Below are positions 49,227 through 60,085 of a stretch of 64,000 nt of DNA, piece by piece. The position numbers and the translations under genes are program-made. How positions within the stretch are numbered: position 1 is the first letter of the stretch; every line of letters starts with the position of its first letter. A model generated the notes under the pieces. That model worked only from the letters and a program-made list of their open reading frames with translations. It searched no databases and was not told where the DNA came from. Source of the stretch: Methylotenera sp. (lineage in GTDB: Bacteria > Pseudomonadota > Gammaproteobacteria > Burkholderiales > Methylophilaceae); contig DATCVB010000026.1 in assembly GCA_036567185.1 (NCBI GenBank), positions 4,935-68,934 on the forward strand, in the 5' to 3' direction.

Positions 49227-49544
49227 ATGTCCCAAGAATGTGTAAAGTGCGGGGCCTGCTGTGCTTCTTTCCGTGTCTCGTTTTACTGGGGAGAAACAAG
49301 CGCCCATAATCAGGGCACAGTACCCATTGAGTTCACCACAGCCATCAGCCCGCATCATGTCTGCATGAAAGGCACCGGGCAGAAGCCCGTGCATTGCGTG
49401 GCATTAACAGGGGAAGTGGGAAAACAGGTGAGTTGCGGCATCTACGAACAGCGCTCCAGCACCTGCCGTGAGTTTGAAGCCGGCAGTGAGGATTGTAATC
49501 GCGCAAGGTCTATACATGGCATGCCTGAACTGATTGCCAGCTAA
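49227..49544 (+). CDS. YkgJ-family cysteine cluster (CxxCxxCC) protein
   Basis: CVKCGACC..FYW..CVAL..CGIYEQRSSTCREF. Confidence 0.88.
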   Translation: MSQECVKCGACCASFRVSFYWGETSAHNQGTVPIEFTTAISPHHVCMKGTGQKPVHCVALTGEVGKQVSCGIYEQRSSTCREFEAGSEDCNRARSIHGMPELIAS

Positions 49545-49568
49545 GAAACGTTAATTTATTTATAAAGC

Positions 49569-49650
49569 CGTCATTGCGAGCAAAGCGCGGCAATCCAGAA
49601 TTTCTTTTTAGAACAAAGCACTGGATTGCCACGCTTTGCTCGCAATGACG
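49569..49650. repeat. GTCATTGCGAG-type long hairpin repeat (RPE-like)
   Basis: CGTCATTGCGAGCAAAGCGCGGCAATCCAG, 22-nt spacer, CTGGATTGCCACGCTTTGCTCGCAATGACG (29/30 complementary). Confidence 0.85.
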
Positions 49651-49664
49651 ATTTAATAAACATC

Positions 49665-49730
49665 GTAGGGTGGGCAACTCGTTGCCCACGTGCTCTGAGT
49701 ATCCGCGTGGGCAGGATCTGCCCACCCTAC
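49665..49730. repeat. GTAG-family REP doublet (REPIN)
   Basis: GTAGGGTGGGCAACTCGTTGCCCACG and inverted CGTGGGCAGGATCTGCCCACCCTAC. Confidence 0.85.
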
Positions 49731-49771
49731 TTAACTTGGCAAGTCTCCAAGCAAAGTCATGGGTCTATAAA

Positions 49772-52501
49772 TTAAGCAAACACCTGATTCCACAATACCG
49801 TCACGTTTTCTACATGATGTGAGATGACTGGCAGATCAACCGTTAACTGTGCTGCGCCCTGCAGTTTGAGCATATGCTGGGTATGACGATATTCACGATA
49901 AGCCGCAGCTACGCTTTCTGCCAGATCAGCGTCAATAATATTGAGCTGACTCATCAACCTTAACAGACCGATATTACCTATATTCCCCGTAAGTTCAGAA
50001 TGATGCGGGGCATGCAGCAACACCAGATACTGCACTAAAAATTCCACATCGATAATACCGCCCACGCTCTGTTTTAAATCAAAAATACCATCTTTCAGAT
50101 GCTGCGCATTACGCATCTTTTCACGCATAGCTATCACTTCTGCTTTCAGTTTCACCTGATCACGCGGCGCCATCATGACTTCGGCACGAATCTGGTCAAA
50201 CGCTCGGCCAATATCCGCGTCTCCAGCCACAAAACGTGCCCGCGTAATTGCCTGATGCTCCCACAGCCAGGCTTTATGCAGCTGGTATTCCCTGAATGCT
50301 GCAACACTACTCACTAGCAGGCCGCTGTTACCATCCGGACGCAGTTGCAAATCGGTTTCATATAGCAGCCCGGCAGAGGTTAGGCTGTTGAACCAGTTAT
50401 TGATACGCTGTGCGAAACGTGCGTAAACCTCGCCTGCTTCAGGCGCTTCATCATCGTACAGAAAAATAATATCCAAGTCAGAGGCATAGCCCAGCTCTTT
50501 ACCGCCCAGCTTGCCATAGCCAATCACCGCGAACTTCGGTATGTCACGATGTTTACCGCGCACATTCGGCCAAATCGTTTCCAGCGCCACATTGAGTATC
50601 AGGCAGGCCAGATCGCTCAGGTAATCAGACAAGGTTTCCAAAGCCAACTCGCCGTTAATATCCTGCACTGCAAAACGGAATACGTTGGCATGTTTGAAGT
50701 GGCGCATGATATCCATTTGCCGCTCAATATCGCCTTCTGCTTCTGCCAAACGGCCAAGTAACTCCAAGCGCAGAGCTGCAAAATCAGGCACCGCATATAA
50801 GGTACGGGTATCCAGCAGCTCATCGAGCAAAATCGGGTGCTGTGCCAGATAATTAACCAGCCATGGGCTGCTGCTACAAAGCTTGACCAGTAACTGCATC
50901 GCCTGCGCGTGCTCAGCCAATAACGCCAGATAACTGGCACGGCGGCAGATGCTTTCCAGCAGATCAATGACTCGCGTCAGGGTAATATCCGCATTCGGCA
51001 TTTTGGCTGATTGCGAGATTACGTGCGGCATGACCGCATCAAAACGCTGGCGGCTTAATTCAGGCAATTGTAGATAACGACTGCCCTGATGCAAAGTATT
51101 CAGGCGACGCAATGTCTCTTCTGCCTCAATAAAGCCAATTTTCTGCAACGCTCCAACAGCCTCAAGCTCTGCCAGCGCACCATTCCAGATCGATTTTTCT
51201 AATTCAAGAGCGTCTTTATCAGTAGCATCCTCTTCAAAAGTCTCATCAAAATGCTGTTGTACCTGCCTGCGATAAGCATCCAATTGCGCCAGAAATTCTG
51301 GCCAGCCATAATTTTCTTTTTTCTCAAAATTCATCGCCTTGGCGATACGTGCCTTGGCTTCATCCGATTTTGGCAGTTCCTGCGTCTGCATATCTTCCAG
51401 ATACATCAAGCGATGCTCCAGATTGCGCAGAAACACATAAGCTTCGCTAAGTTCCGCCACAGTTTTTTCTGGTAGCAGACCTTTGTTTTGCAGCAACGCC
51501 AGTACGGATAACGTAGGTTTAATCTGCAGACTTACATCCTGGCCGCCACGTATGAGCTGGAATACCTGCGCAATAAACTCAATCTCACGTATGCCGCCGC
51601 GACCAAGCTTGATGTTGTCATGCAAGCCTTTGCTGTTCACATCACGCTGAATCTGAATTTTCAAATCGCGCATACTGGTAAATGCGCCAAAATCGAGATA
51701 TTTACGAAACACAAAGGGTTTGAGCAGGCGTGACACGTGATTGCCACCCGTCACCTCGCGGCCTTTAATCCACGCATAACGCTCCCACTCACGCCCATTA
51801 TTCTGGTAGTAATCTTCCAGCGCATCCAGGCTGCTCACGAGCGCACCTTCTGAGCCGAAGGGCCGCAAGCGCATATCGACACGGAACACAAAGCCGTCTT
51901 CAGTAATTTCATCAATGGCGGCAATCAATTTTTTGGCCAGGCGCGTGAAAAAATCCTGATTACTAATAGATTTTGCACCTAAAGTTTCACCTTCAGCATC
52001 ATAGGCAAAGATCAGGTCAATATCCGATGATACATTTAGCTCGCCACCGCCTAGCTTGCCCATGCCGATAACAATCAAACTCTGCGGCTCACCTTTAGCG
52101 CTCATCGGCTGGCCATAAGTCTCTGCCAGCCATGTATTGAGATAATATATTGCGGTATTGATCGCACACTCTGCCAGCTGCGAGGTGGTTTGCATGACTT
52201 CGTGCAGATCAGCCAGACTGTTTAAATCCCGCGCAATCATGCGTGCCATTACCTGCTTACGTAACAATCTTAGTGCGCGTTTAAGACTGGACTCATCAAA
52301 AATATTCTGTGCCGCCAAAAATTTTTGCATGTCTTCTATCTTATAGCTTATGTATAAGTTATCTAACAAATCCTGCAGCAACAAGGCATCATTCCCCAAC
52401 ATTCTTGCTAAAAACGGACTGCAGGAAACTGCATGCAGCACATGAGCCTCATCATTAGATGGGATGCGGTTGTCAGAGAATAAATTATCGTGTGTTAGCA
52501 T
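49772..52501 (-). CDS. glnE: Glutamine synthetase adenylyltransferase/deadenylylase
   Basis: Two nucleotidyltransferase domains: GMGKLGGGELNVSSDIDL/VDMRLRP and GYGKLGGKELGYASDLD/DLQLRPDG. Confidence 0.96.
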   Translation of the reverse strand: MLTHDNLFSDNRIPSNDEAHVLHAVSCSPFLARMLGNDALLLQDLLDNLYISYKIEDMQKFLAAQNIFDESSLKRALRLLRKQVMARMIARDLNSLADLHEVMQTTSQLAECAINTAIYYLNTWLAETYGQPMSAKGEPQSLIVIGMGKLGGGELNVSSDIDLIFAYDAEGETLGAKSISNQDFFTRLAKKLIAAIDEITEDGFVFRVDMRLRPFGSEGALVSSLDALEDYYQNNGREWERYAWIKGREVTGGNHVSRLLKPFVFRKYLDFGAFTSMRDLKIQIQRDVNSKGLHDNIKLGRGGIREIEFIAQVFQLIRGGQDVSLQIKPTLSVLALLQNKGLLPEKTVAELSEAYVFLRNLEHRLMYLEDMQTQELPKSDEAKARIAKAMNFEKKENYGWPEFLAQLDAYRRQVQQHFDETFEEDATDKDALELEKSIWNGALAELEAVGALQKIGFIEAEETLRRLNTLHQGSRYLQLPELSRQRFDAVMPHVISQSAKMPNADITLTRVIDLLESICRRASYLALLAEHAQAMQLLVKLCSSSPWLVNYLAQHPILLDELLDTRTLYAVPDFAALRLELLGRLAEAEGDIERQMDIMRHFKHANVFRFAVQDINGELALETLSDYLSDLACLILNVALETIWPNVRGKHRDIPKFAVIGYGKLGGKELGYASDLDIIFLYDDEAPEAGEVYARFAQRINNWFNSLTSAGLLYETDLQLRPDGNSGLLVSSVAAFREYQLHKAWLWEHQAITRARFVAGDADIGRAFDQIRAEVMMAPRDQVKLKAEVIAMREKMRNAQHLKDGIFDLKQSVGGIIDVEFLVQYLVLLHAPHHSELTGNIGNIGLLRLMSQLNIIDADLAESVAAAYREYRHTQHMLKLQGAAQLTVDLPVISHHVENVTVLWNQVFA

Positions 52502-52610
52502 AGTTTTTTTCAGGTAATATTATGTACGTTACAAATATGTAACATTCTATTTTTCGCAAATCTGCAGCTTTGATTATAAATGTGTAATTGTATTTAGAGG
52601 GGTTTTAAGC

Positions 52611-54587
52611 ATGTCAATTGAGTCAGTTCTTCATGAAAACCGGGTTTTTGAACCAAGTGCAGATTTTGTAAAATCGGCTAACGTCTCCGGCATGGCTGCA
52701 TATAATGCGCTATGTGCCGAAGCTACTGCCGACTATGAGGGATTCTGGGCCAAACTTGCGCGTGAATTATTGATTTGGCACAAACCTTTCACAAAAACAC
52801 TGAATGAAGACAATGCACCGTTTTACAAGTGGTTTGAAGATGGCGAGCTTAACGTTTCTGCCAACTGTCTTGATAAACACCTCAATACCATTCCCAACAA
52901 AGTGGCGATTATTTTTGAAGCCGATGACGGCAGCTCCAAAAACGTTACTTATAAAGAGCTTTATCATCAGGTTTGTCAGTTTGCGAATGGCCTGAAAAAA
53001 CTGAATTTAAACGTAGGTGACCGCGTTGTCATCTACCTGCCGATGGGCGTTGAAGCCGTGGTGGCGATGCAAGCCTGTGCACGTATCGGCCTCATCCACT
53101 CTGTTGTATTTGGCGGTTTCTCAGCTAAAAGCCTGAACGAACGCATTATCGACGCCGGTGCCCGCGCAGTGATTACATCTGACGGTCAGTTCCGCGGCGG
53201 TAAAACCATGCCGCTGAAAGCTGCAGTAGATGAAGGCATCGCCATGGGCGGCTGCGATACTATCGAGAAAGTGATCGTACTGAAAAAAACCGGTCAGGAA
53301 ATCGAATGGAACAGCAATAACATCTGGTGGCATGATTTAATTGCCGACACCGCAGACACCTGCGAACCAGTCATGGTAAACGCAGAGCACCCGTTATTTC
53401 TGCTTTATACTTCTGGCTCTACCGGCAAACCTAAAGGCGTACAACACAGCTCCGCAGGTTACCTGCTGCATGCCATGAACACCATGCGCTGGACTTTTGA
53501 CATAAAAGACAATGACGTTTTCTGGTGTACCGCAGACGTGGGCTGGATTACCGGTCATAGCTATGTGGCTTATGGTCCACTGGCAATGGGCGCGACACAA
53601 GTCGTATTTGAGGGTATACCTACCTACCCGAATGCTGGCCGCTTCTGGGAGATGATAGCCAAACACAAAGTATCTATTTTCTATACGGCGCCAACTGCGA
53701 TTCGTTCACTAATCAAAGCTTCGGAAACGCACCCGGAAGTACATCCTAGAAATTACGACCTCTCAAGCTTGCGCTTGCTGGGCTCTGTTGGTGAACCGAT
53801 CAATCCGGAAGCATGGATGTGGTATTACGAGAATGTAGGCGGCAGCCGCTGCCCGATTGCCGACACCTTCTGGCAAACCGAAACCGGCGGCCATGTGATT
53901 ACCCCGTTACCGGGTGTAACACCGCTGATTCCCGGTTCATGCACACTGCCCTTCCCCGGCATTGATATTGATGTGGTGGACGAAACCGGCAAAGACGTAC
54001 CTTGGGGTATCGGTGGCTTACTGGTCATTAAAAAACCATGGCCATCCATGATTCGCACTATTTACAATGACCCAGAGCGTTACAAAGCCAGCTATTACCC
54101 GGTAGACCTGGGCGGAAAAACCTACCTTGCAGGCGATGGCGCAGTGCGCGATGCTGTGACCGGTAACTTCACGATCATGGGTCGTATCGATGACGTACTC
54201 AACGTATCCGGTCACCGCTTGGGCACCATGGAAATTGAATCTGCACTGGTTGCCAACCCATTAGTGGCTGAAGCCGCTGTAGTCGGCAAACCACATGATG
54301 TAAAAGGTGAATCTGTTGTAGCTTATGTGGTGCTCAAAGGCCCACGCCCGGAAGGTGAGGAAGCCAAGAAAATCGTGGCACAGCTACGCGACTGGGTGGG
54401 CAAGGAAATTGGCCCTATCGCCAAGCCGGATGAAATCCGCTTTGGTGACAACCTGCCTAAAACCCGTTCCGGCAAAATCATGCGCAGGCTGTTACGTACC
54501 TTAGCAAAAGGTGAAGAGATTACATCTGACATCTCAACGCTAGATAACCCAGCGATTCTGGAGCAACTAAAAGAGGTTGTGAAATAA
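52611..54587 (+). CDS. acs: Acetyl-CoA synthetase
   Basis: [45 protein letters not shown]. Confidence 0.97.
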   Translation: MSIESVLHENRVFEPSADFVKSANVSGMAAYNALCAEATADYEGFWAKLARELLIWHKPFTKTLNEDNAPFYKWFEDGELNVSANCLDKHLNTIPNKVAIIFEADDGSSKNVTYKELYHQVCQFANGLKKLNLNVGDRVVIYLPMGVEAVVAMQACARIGLIHSVVFGGFSAKSLNERIIDAGARAVITSDGQFRGGKTMPLKAAVDEGIAMGGCDTIEKVIVLKKTGQEIEWNSNNIWWHDLIADTADTCEPVMVNAEHPLFLLYTSGSTGKPKGVQHSSAGYLLHAMNTMRWTFDIKDNDVFWCTADVGWITGHSYVAYGPLAMGATQVVFEGIPTYPNAGRFWEMIAKHKVSIFYTAPTAIRSLIKASETHPEVHPRNYDLSSLRLLGSVGEPINPEAWMWYYENVGGSRCPIADTFWQTETGGHVITPLPGVTPLIPGSCTLPFPGIDIDVVDETGKDVPWGIGGLLVIKKPWPSMIRTIYNDPERYKASYYPVDLGGKTYLAGDGAVRDAVTGNFTIMGRIDDVLNVSGHRLGTMEIESALVANPLVAEAAVVGKPHDVKGESVVAYVVLKGPRPEGEEAKKIVAQLRDWVGKEIGPIAKPDEIRFGDNLPKTRSGKIMRRLLRTLAKGEEITSDISTLDNPAILEQLKEVVK

Positions 54588-54614
54588 CTGCTGAGGCAGC
54601 TTTTAATAAAACCC

Positions 54615-54639
54615 ATAGCCAGTGCAAAGCTGGCTATTT
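54615..54639 (+). terminator. Possible terminator after acs
   Basis: ATAGCCAG-N7-CTGGCTAT followed by a short T tract. Confidence 0.45.
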
Positions 54640-54656
54640 CTAAAGATGTTTTAATA

Positions 54657-55091
54657 ATGACAACCTCTAACAGCTGGTTTTACTGGGCAATAATGTCTGC
54701 CGTATTTGCGGCACTGACAGCTATTTTTGCCAAAATCGGCATTCAGGGAGTTAATTCCGACTTCGCCACACTCATCCGCACGTTCATCATAAGCATTATT
54801 CTAGTGTTCTTTGTCTGGTTTACCGGCAAATGGAGCAATCCATTCAGCATGACTGCAAAAACATGGCTATTTCTGGGATTGTCTGCTTTGGCTACCGGCG
54901 CTTCATGGATATGCTATTTTCGAGCACTGCAAATTGGTGAAGCCTCGAAAGTGGCACCAGTAGATAAACTTAGTCTAGTACTAGTTGCCATATTTGCATT
55001 CGCCTTTCTTGGCGAACGGCCAACACTAAGGGAGTGGATCGGCATAGCAATGGTCGCGGCAGGTGTTATGGTACTGGCAAGTAAACGCTGA
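54657..55091 (+). CDS. EamA-family small membrane transporter
   Basis: FAALTAIFAKIG, ATLIRT, GASWICYFRAL, VAPVDKLS. Confidence 0.9.
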   Translation: MTTSNSWFYWAIMSAVFAALTAIFAKIGIQGVNSDFATLIRTFIISIILVFFVWFTGKWSNPFSMTAKTWLFLGLSALATGASWICYFRALQIGEASKVAPVDKLSLVLVAIFAFAFLGERPTLREWIGIAMVAAGVMVLASKR

Positions 55092-55125
55092 TAATTTTGA
55101 TCATTAATCACAGGAAACTTCAGAA

Positions 55126-55548
55126 TTGCATAAACTTCTCATTAGCCTATGTCTTTTAGTTATTAGTCCTATCACTAACGCAAAACCAGCATTCACTGGA
55201 CAAGATTTCAGCGGCGTTTACGACTGTACAGGTGATGACAGCCACGAGGGAAAATACACTGGCACGGTAACACTTCAACTTGTGCCATCACAAAGCCTGA
55301 ACAATTACGGTGCCTATACATTCAAGCTGGAAGTGCCAAGCTATGGCACTTACTCAGGCCAGGCTGCCGCTCACGGTACCAATGTAGCAATGCATTTCGC
55401 CTTGGCCGACCAAAGCACTAAAGATTACGGCACCGGTATTGCCAATTTTAAAAAGAACAAAGCAGGCAAATGGTCATTCAGCAAGTACTACTATGAACCT
55501 GAGTTTAAAGGCGGTAATTACGGCTCTGAAAAATGCACGCTGCGCTGA
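55126..55548 (+). CDS. Hypothetical exported beta-rich protein
   Basis: Signal peptide (TNA-K), FSGVYDCTG motif, two Cys in the mature part. Confidence 0.65.
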   Translation: MHKLLISLCLLVISPITNAKPAFTGQDFSGVYDCTGDDSHEGKYTGTVTLQLVPSQSLNNYGAYTFKLEVPSYGTYSGQAAAHGTNVAMHFALADQSTKDYGTGIANFKKNKAGKWSFSKYYYEPEFKGGNYGSEKCTLR

Positions 55549-55661
55549 CCTTTCGGCGTTACCTATAAAGCTACTAACTATCAAAAGGAGCAACCTCTTC
55601 AGTAGTGTAAGCTAGCTGAATATCGTAATTGCCTCTCTTTTCCACGCTGCTATACAGCTTT

Positions 55662-56921
55662 CTATCGTGCCATCTCAAGCTGCGCTTCAGCTGTCAACTC
55701 TTGCCTTTCTGGTAGAACGTGGCCATGTTTAGTAGCAGCTGCAATATTATCGAGATTTCCTCTTTCTATATTAGCTATCATCATGGCATCAAAATTACTG
55801 AGCTGGGCTTTAATAAGCACGGGGTTGGCACCAGCAGCATTCAATTTTTCTTCAAAAATATTTTTTGCATTGTATGCAGCATCTAGGCTAGGAAGTTTTT
55901 CGCCCTTGCCATATGCATGAGCTAATTCATGATCTTTTGAAACGGCTAATAATGCTGCCTCTTTTTGCGCATCAGACCTGCTGGCAAACTCAGCAATTTG
56001 CTCTTTAGTCATTGTCGGTGGAGCCATTCCCGGGTCTAATTTCATATATTGTGCGGCACCCACGGCTGCTGCGTCATAAGCTTGCCTGTATGTTGCCTGC
56101 TGCGGAAGCTTATCAGCAATATTCATCAATGACTGATAACCCGGATCTTGCTCGGGATGGTCTTTAAAATAACTATTGTTCTGGGCATAGCCAGCAGCGA
56201 ACTGCCTTAGTGTTTCAGCTAAAGGTTTGCTTGGGTCACTCGGCGTAATATCGGCAAGGAAAAGATTGGCTTTTGTTGCGCCCTCCTTCATTTTCTCAAT
56301 CATTGCAGGTGAGGCATTTGCCGGGCCTTCTGCAGTAAAAACCATGATTTTATATTTATCATCTTGAGAAACTAACGATGTTGGTGATCCGGTAAATGGC
56401 ACCTGTCCCAATGCATAACCGGCCTCTATCTTTTGCGCATGAGAATCTTTACCAACAATATGCTCTTGGAAAACAGCCGGAATGTTAACTCCACTTTTCT
56501 GCAAGTCATGGATATTAGCCAATGCATCCGCTTTAGAAGCATGAAGTATGGCTAGATAATCTGGATTAGGATGCTCTGCTGTCGGCTTATGTCCTAATGA
56601 ATAAGACATGAGAACACTACCGCCGCCAATTTTCTCGTCATAACGATCCATAGCAGTTGCGCCGACTACCTTACCCTCCTTATCCAACACGGCAGAAACC
56701 ATCGTATTGGTTCCGGCTTTTCCATCTTCATACAGTCGGCTCAGCCATACATCTTTGTTTTCAGATTTTGCAAATCCCGGGTAGTTTTCTTCAAGCAATT
56801 CGAAAACCTGCCCCATGAGCTTTTCCTGTTCATCAGCACCAACATCTTGCAGCCGAACAATGGTATTTCCATCTGGTAATTGGTAGTTATGCTGATTGGT
56901 AGTATTTTTTGTAGCAGTCAT
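55662..56921 (-). CDS. Orphan hypothetical protein (GNAT-like N-terminus, effector-like C-terminus)
   Basis: 419-aa ORF with a strong SD (CAGGAGG); no confident family assignment. Confidence 0.75.
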   Translation of the reverse strand: MTATKNTTNQHNYQLPDGNTIVRLQDVGADEQEKLMGQVFELLEENYPGFAKSENKDVWLSRLYEDGKAGTNTMVSAVLDKEGKVVGATAMDRYDEKIGGGSVLMSYSLGHKPTAEHPNPDYLAILHASKADALANIHDLQKSGVNIPAVFQEHIVGKDSHAQKIEAGYALGQVPFTGSPTSLVSQDDKYKIMVFTAEGPANASPAMIEKMKEGATKANLFLADITPSDPSKPLAETLRQFAAGYAQNNSYFKDHPEQDPGYQSLMNIADKLPQQATYRQAYDAAAVGAAQYMKLDPGMAPPTMTKEQIAEFASRSDAQKEAALLAVSKDHELAHAYGKGEKLPSLDAAYNAKNIFEEKLNAAGANPVLIKAQLSNFDAMMIANIERGNLDNIAAATKHGHVLPERQELTAEAQLEMAR

Positions 56922-57122
56922 TTCACATACCTCCTGTAAATTTTAAAGAATTACAGTTAATGGATTTATTGTTGCAACGCATGAAAAGCACGCTCATCTT
57001 AAACACCCCATAAAGTTACAACCCACAGATAAATATGTAAAATATTCCCATATATTAAGAATGTATCACATTCAATATGAAATTGTAATTATTTTGTAAC
57101 GGTAAAATTACCAGCTAATAAA

Positions 57123-57156
57123 ACTGCATATATATATATATATATATATATGCAGT
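57123..57156. repeat. (AT)12 microsatellite within a perfect 34-bp palindrome
   Basis: ACTGC-(AT)12-GCAGT. Confidence 0.95.
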
Positions 57157-57316
57157 AACTTCCATATCAATACATGTACTGATAACTTATTGATTAATTA
57201 TCAGCTAACCTCATTTAACTACTATCTAATCCAACTAAGTCAAAGATGGCAATAACGATGACGTGCGTATTTAAGGTAAAATGCCACCTTTGTATTTTTA
57301 GCATCATTAATTACCC

Positions 57317-58888
57317 ATGTCACTGCAAGAAGAAATCTCCCGCCGCCGCACCTTTGCCATTATTTCGCACCCGGATGCGGGTAAAACCACGCTGACTGAA
57401 AAACTGTTGTGGTTCGGCGGCGCAATTCAAGTTGCCGGTGAAGTACGTGGCCGTAAGGCAGCGCGCCATGCTACGTCAGACTGGATGGAGTTGGAGAAGC
57501 AGCGCGGCATTTCGGTTACGTCTTCTGTGATGCAGTTTCCGTATCGTGAGCACATGATCAACTTGCTTGACACGCCGGGCCACGATGACTTTTCTGAAGA
57601 TACTTACAGAACGCTCACTGCGGTGGATTCTGCAGTCATGGTAATTGACTCGGTAAACGGCGTCGAAGCGCAGACCATTAAACTGCTGAATGTGTGCCGC
57701 ATGCGCGATACACCTATCATCACGTTCATCAATAAACTTGACCGTGAAAGCCGTGCGCCAATTGAGTTGCTGGACGAGATTGAAACCACGCTTGGCATGG
57801 AGTGTGCCCCAATCACCTGGCCTATCGGCATGGGCAAGACTTTCCGCGGTGTTTACCATTTATATAACGATGAGATTTCATTCTTTGATCCACGTGCGGA
57901 AAAAGGTACCTCAGAAGTCATCAAAGGTCTGGATAATCCACGGCTGGATGAAGTGCTAGGTCATCAGGTGGAGGATCTGCGTCTGGACATTGAGCTGGTG
58001 CGTGGCGCATCGCATACCTTTGATAAAGAGCGCTATTTGAGCGGCAAGCAGACGCCGGTATTCTTCGGTTCTGCCATCAACAACTTTGGTGTGCAGTCAT
58101 TATTGGATGCAGTTGTTGAACTGTCACCGCCACCGCAGGCACGTAACACGGCAAGCCGCGCAGTATCTGCAGATGAAGGCAAGTTTTCAGGTTTTGTGTT
58201 CAAAATTCAGGCGAATATGGATCCGAAGCACCGTGACCGTATCGCATTCTTACGCGTATGTTCCGGCCGCTTTGAACGCGGTATGAAAATCAAGCAGGTT
58301 GCCAGCGGCAAAACGCTGAGTATCAACAATGCAATTACCTTCATGGCACAGGACCGTACTACGATGGATGAGGCCTATTCAGGTGACATTATCGGCATTC
58401 CTAACCACGGCACGGTAAAACTGGGCGACACGTTTACCGAAGGTGAAAACCTCAAATTTACCGGCATTCCTTCATTTGCGCCGGAGTTTTTCCGCCGTGC
58501 GCGCATTAAAAATCCAATGAAGATGAAGCAACTGCAAATCGGCCTCAAACAGTTGGCTGAAGAAGGTGCGGCGCAGCTGTTCCGTCCTTTGTTGTCAAAC
58601 GACCTGATTTTAGGCGCGGTAGGTATGCTGCAATTTGAAGTTGTAGCACACCGCCTGGAACATGAATACGGCGTGGATATGGTATTTGAGCCATACGACT
58701 GCTACACCGCACGCTGGCTGCACGGTAAAGATGCGGACCTCAAAGCGATTGCCGACAAATATGGATTTAACGTAGCGTTGGATGGCGCGGATGATTATGT
58801 GTATCTGGCGCCAAATCGCGTAAACCTGCAAATGGCGCAGGAACGTTATCCGGATATTGAGTTTAAAGAGACACGCGAGATCGCCTAA
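57317..58888 (+). CDS. prfC: Peptide chain release factor 3
   Basis: [44 protein letters not shown]. Confidence 0.97.
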   Translation: MSLQEEISRRRTFAIISHPDAGKTTLTEKLLWFGGAIQVAGEVRGRKAARHATSDWMELEKQRGISVTSSVMQFPYREHMINLLDTPGHDDFSEDTYRTLTAVDSAVMVIDSVNGVEAQTIKLLNVCRMRDTPIITFINKLDRESRAPIELLDEIETTLGMECAPITWPIGMGKTFRGVYHLYNDEISFFDPRAEKGTSEVIKGLDNPRLDEVLGHQVEDLRLDIELVRGASHTFDKERYLSGKQTPVFFGSAINNFGVQSLLDAVVELSPPPQARNTASRAVSADEGKFSGFVFKIQANMDPKHRDRIAFLRVCSGRFERGMKIKQVASGKTLSINNAITFMAQDRTTMDEAYSGDIIGIPNHGTVKLGDTFTEGENLKFTGIPSFAPEFFRRARIKNPMKMKQLQIGLKQLAEEGAAQLFRPLLSNDLILGAVGMLQFEVVAHRLEHEYGVDMVFEPYDCYTARWLHGKDADLKAIADKYGFNVALDGADDYVYLAPNRVNLQMAQERYPDIEFKETREIA

Positions 58889-58904
58889 TTCTCATCAAAA
58901 ACTC

Positions 58905-59306
58905 ATGATGTTATGCCCCTGCGAAAGCGGTAAACCTTACAGCAAATGCTGCGAGGTTTACCATCTAGGCACACCTGCCCCAACTGCCGAAGCCCTGATG
59001 CGCTCACGTTATAGTGCTTACTCACTTGCGGACCAAAACCCGGCATTAATCAACTACCTTCTGCAAAGCTGGCACGCTGATACAAGGCCACAAAGCCTGA
59101 ACTTGAGCGGCGAAAATGCAACGATATGGCTGGGGTTACAAATCAAACGTCATCAAAATATTGATGCAGAGCATGCAATCGTCGAATTTGTAGCGCGCTA
59201 CAAACCTGCTGACAATCCGGGTGGAAAAGCTGAAAGGCTGCACGAAACCAGCCGCTTCAAACGCATTGAGAATCACTGGTACTATGTAGATGGCGATTAT
59301 CAATAG
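58905..59306 (+). CDS. YchJ-family SEC-C metal-binding protein
   Basis: CPCESGKPYSKCC, EALMRSRYSAY, VEFVARY, HETSRF, WYYVDG. Confidence 0.9.
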   Translation: MMLCPCESGKPYSKCCEVYHLGTPAPTAEALMRSRYSAYSLADQNPALINYLLQSWHADTRPQSLNLSGENATIWLGLQIKRHQNIDAEHAIVEFVARYKPADNPGGKAERLHETSRFKRIENHWYYVDGDYQ

Positions 59307-59434
59307 CTGCTGCCATCCCTAAACAGGCATTTTCACAATTCCGTCATCAATTTTCCATAATAACTTCACGGTAAATTCATATTGATTAAGTAGTATCCAT
59401 CCCGTAACGCTCACACAAAACTTTTTAAAAATAG

Positions 59435-60013
59435 TTGAGCTCACATGAGATGACCATCATGGTATATGAAAAATCTGCGCTTGGTTTTAATGAGTTTATT
59501 ACTGACAAACGCACGCTAGGCGTACGTGAACGGCAAGTATTACTACTTGTTAACGGCGTTCGAAAATTAGATGATCTGGAAAAGTTTTTTAAAAAAGATC
59601 TGCTAATAGATACGATTAAAAAGCTGGAGTCTGAAGGCTATATCTACCTGCCTGTTGAATATCAACAAAACCAGCTGCAACCTCAGCACACACCCACTTT
59701 TCCCGCCACACTCTCATTTTTAGATACACATGATACTGCTGAACCTATCTGCCCGGTAAAACTGGCTGCTGTAAAAGCGATATTAATTGAAGCAGCTGAT
59801 GACTACCTTGGCATCATGGGGCGAGGCATCAAAGCCAAGATTGAAGCCTGCGATAATGAAGATAACCTGAGACAGTCAATTTCAAGCTGGCATATGGCGA
59901 TGCGGGAATCAAAACTTGGGCGGGAATCTGCAAGCTTTTTAATGGAGCAAATTCACCAGACTCTGGAAGGAAAAATAGTGAGTTCAAAGATTAACGAACA
60001 ACCGCAGCACTGA
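59435..60013 (+). CDS. Hypothetical protein (N-terminal winged-helix-like region)
   Basis: YEKSALG..RERQVLLLVNG..LESEGYI; start may be the ATG at 59450 or 59459. Confidence 0.7.
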   Translation: MSSHEMTIMVYEKSALGFNEFITDKRTLGVRERQVLLLVNGVRKLDDLEKFFKKDLLIDTIKKLESEGYIYLPVEYQQNQLQPQHTPTFPATLSFLDTHDTAEPICPVKLAAVKAILIEAADDYLGIMGRGIKAKIEACDNEDNLRQSISSWHMAMRESKLGRESASFLMEQIHQTLEGKIVSSKINEQPQH

Positions 60014-60085
60014 TTTCATAGTCCTACCAGAATCAGGTGCTGCAAAAGTCAGACTCAGAACAGCTTTAAAGCTAATTAGAACAAA

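Noticed and set aside
49510..49725. 71-aa ORF
   Set aside because: Built from REP/RPE-like repeats (GLPRFARND, VGNELPTL)
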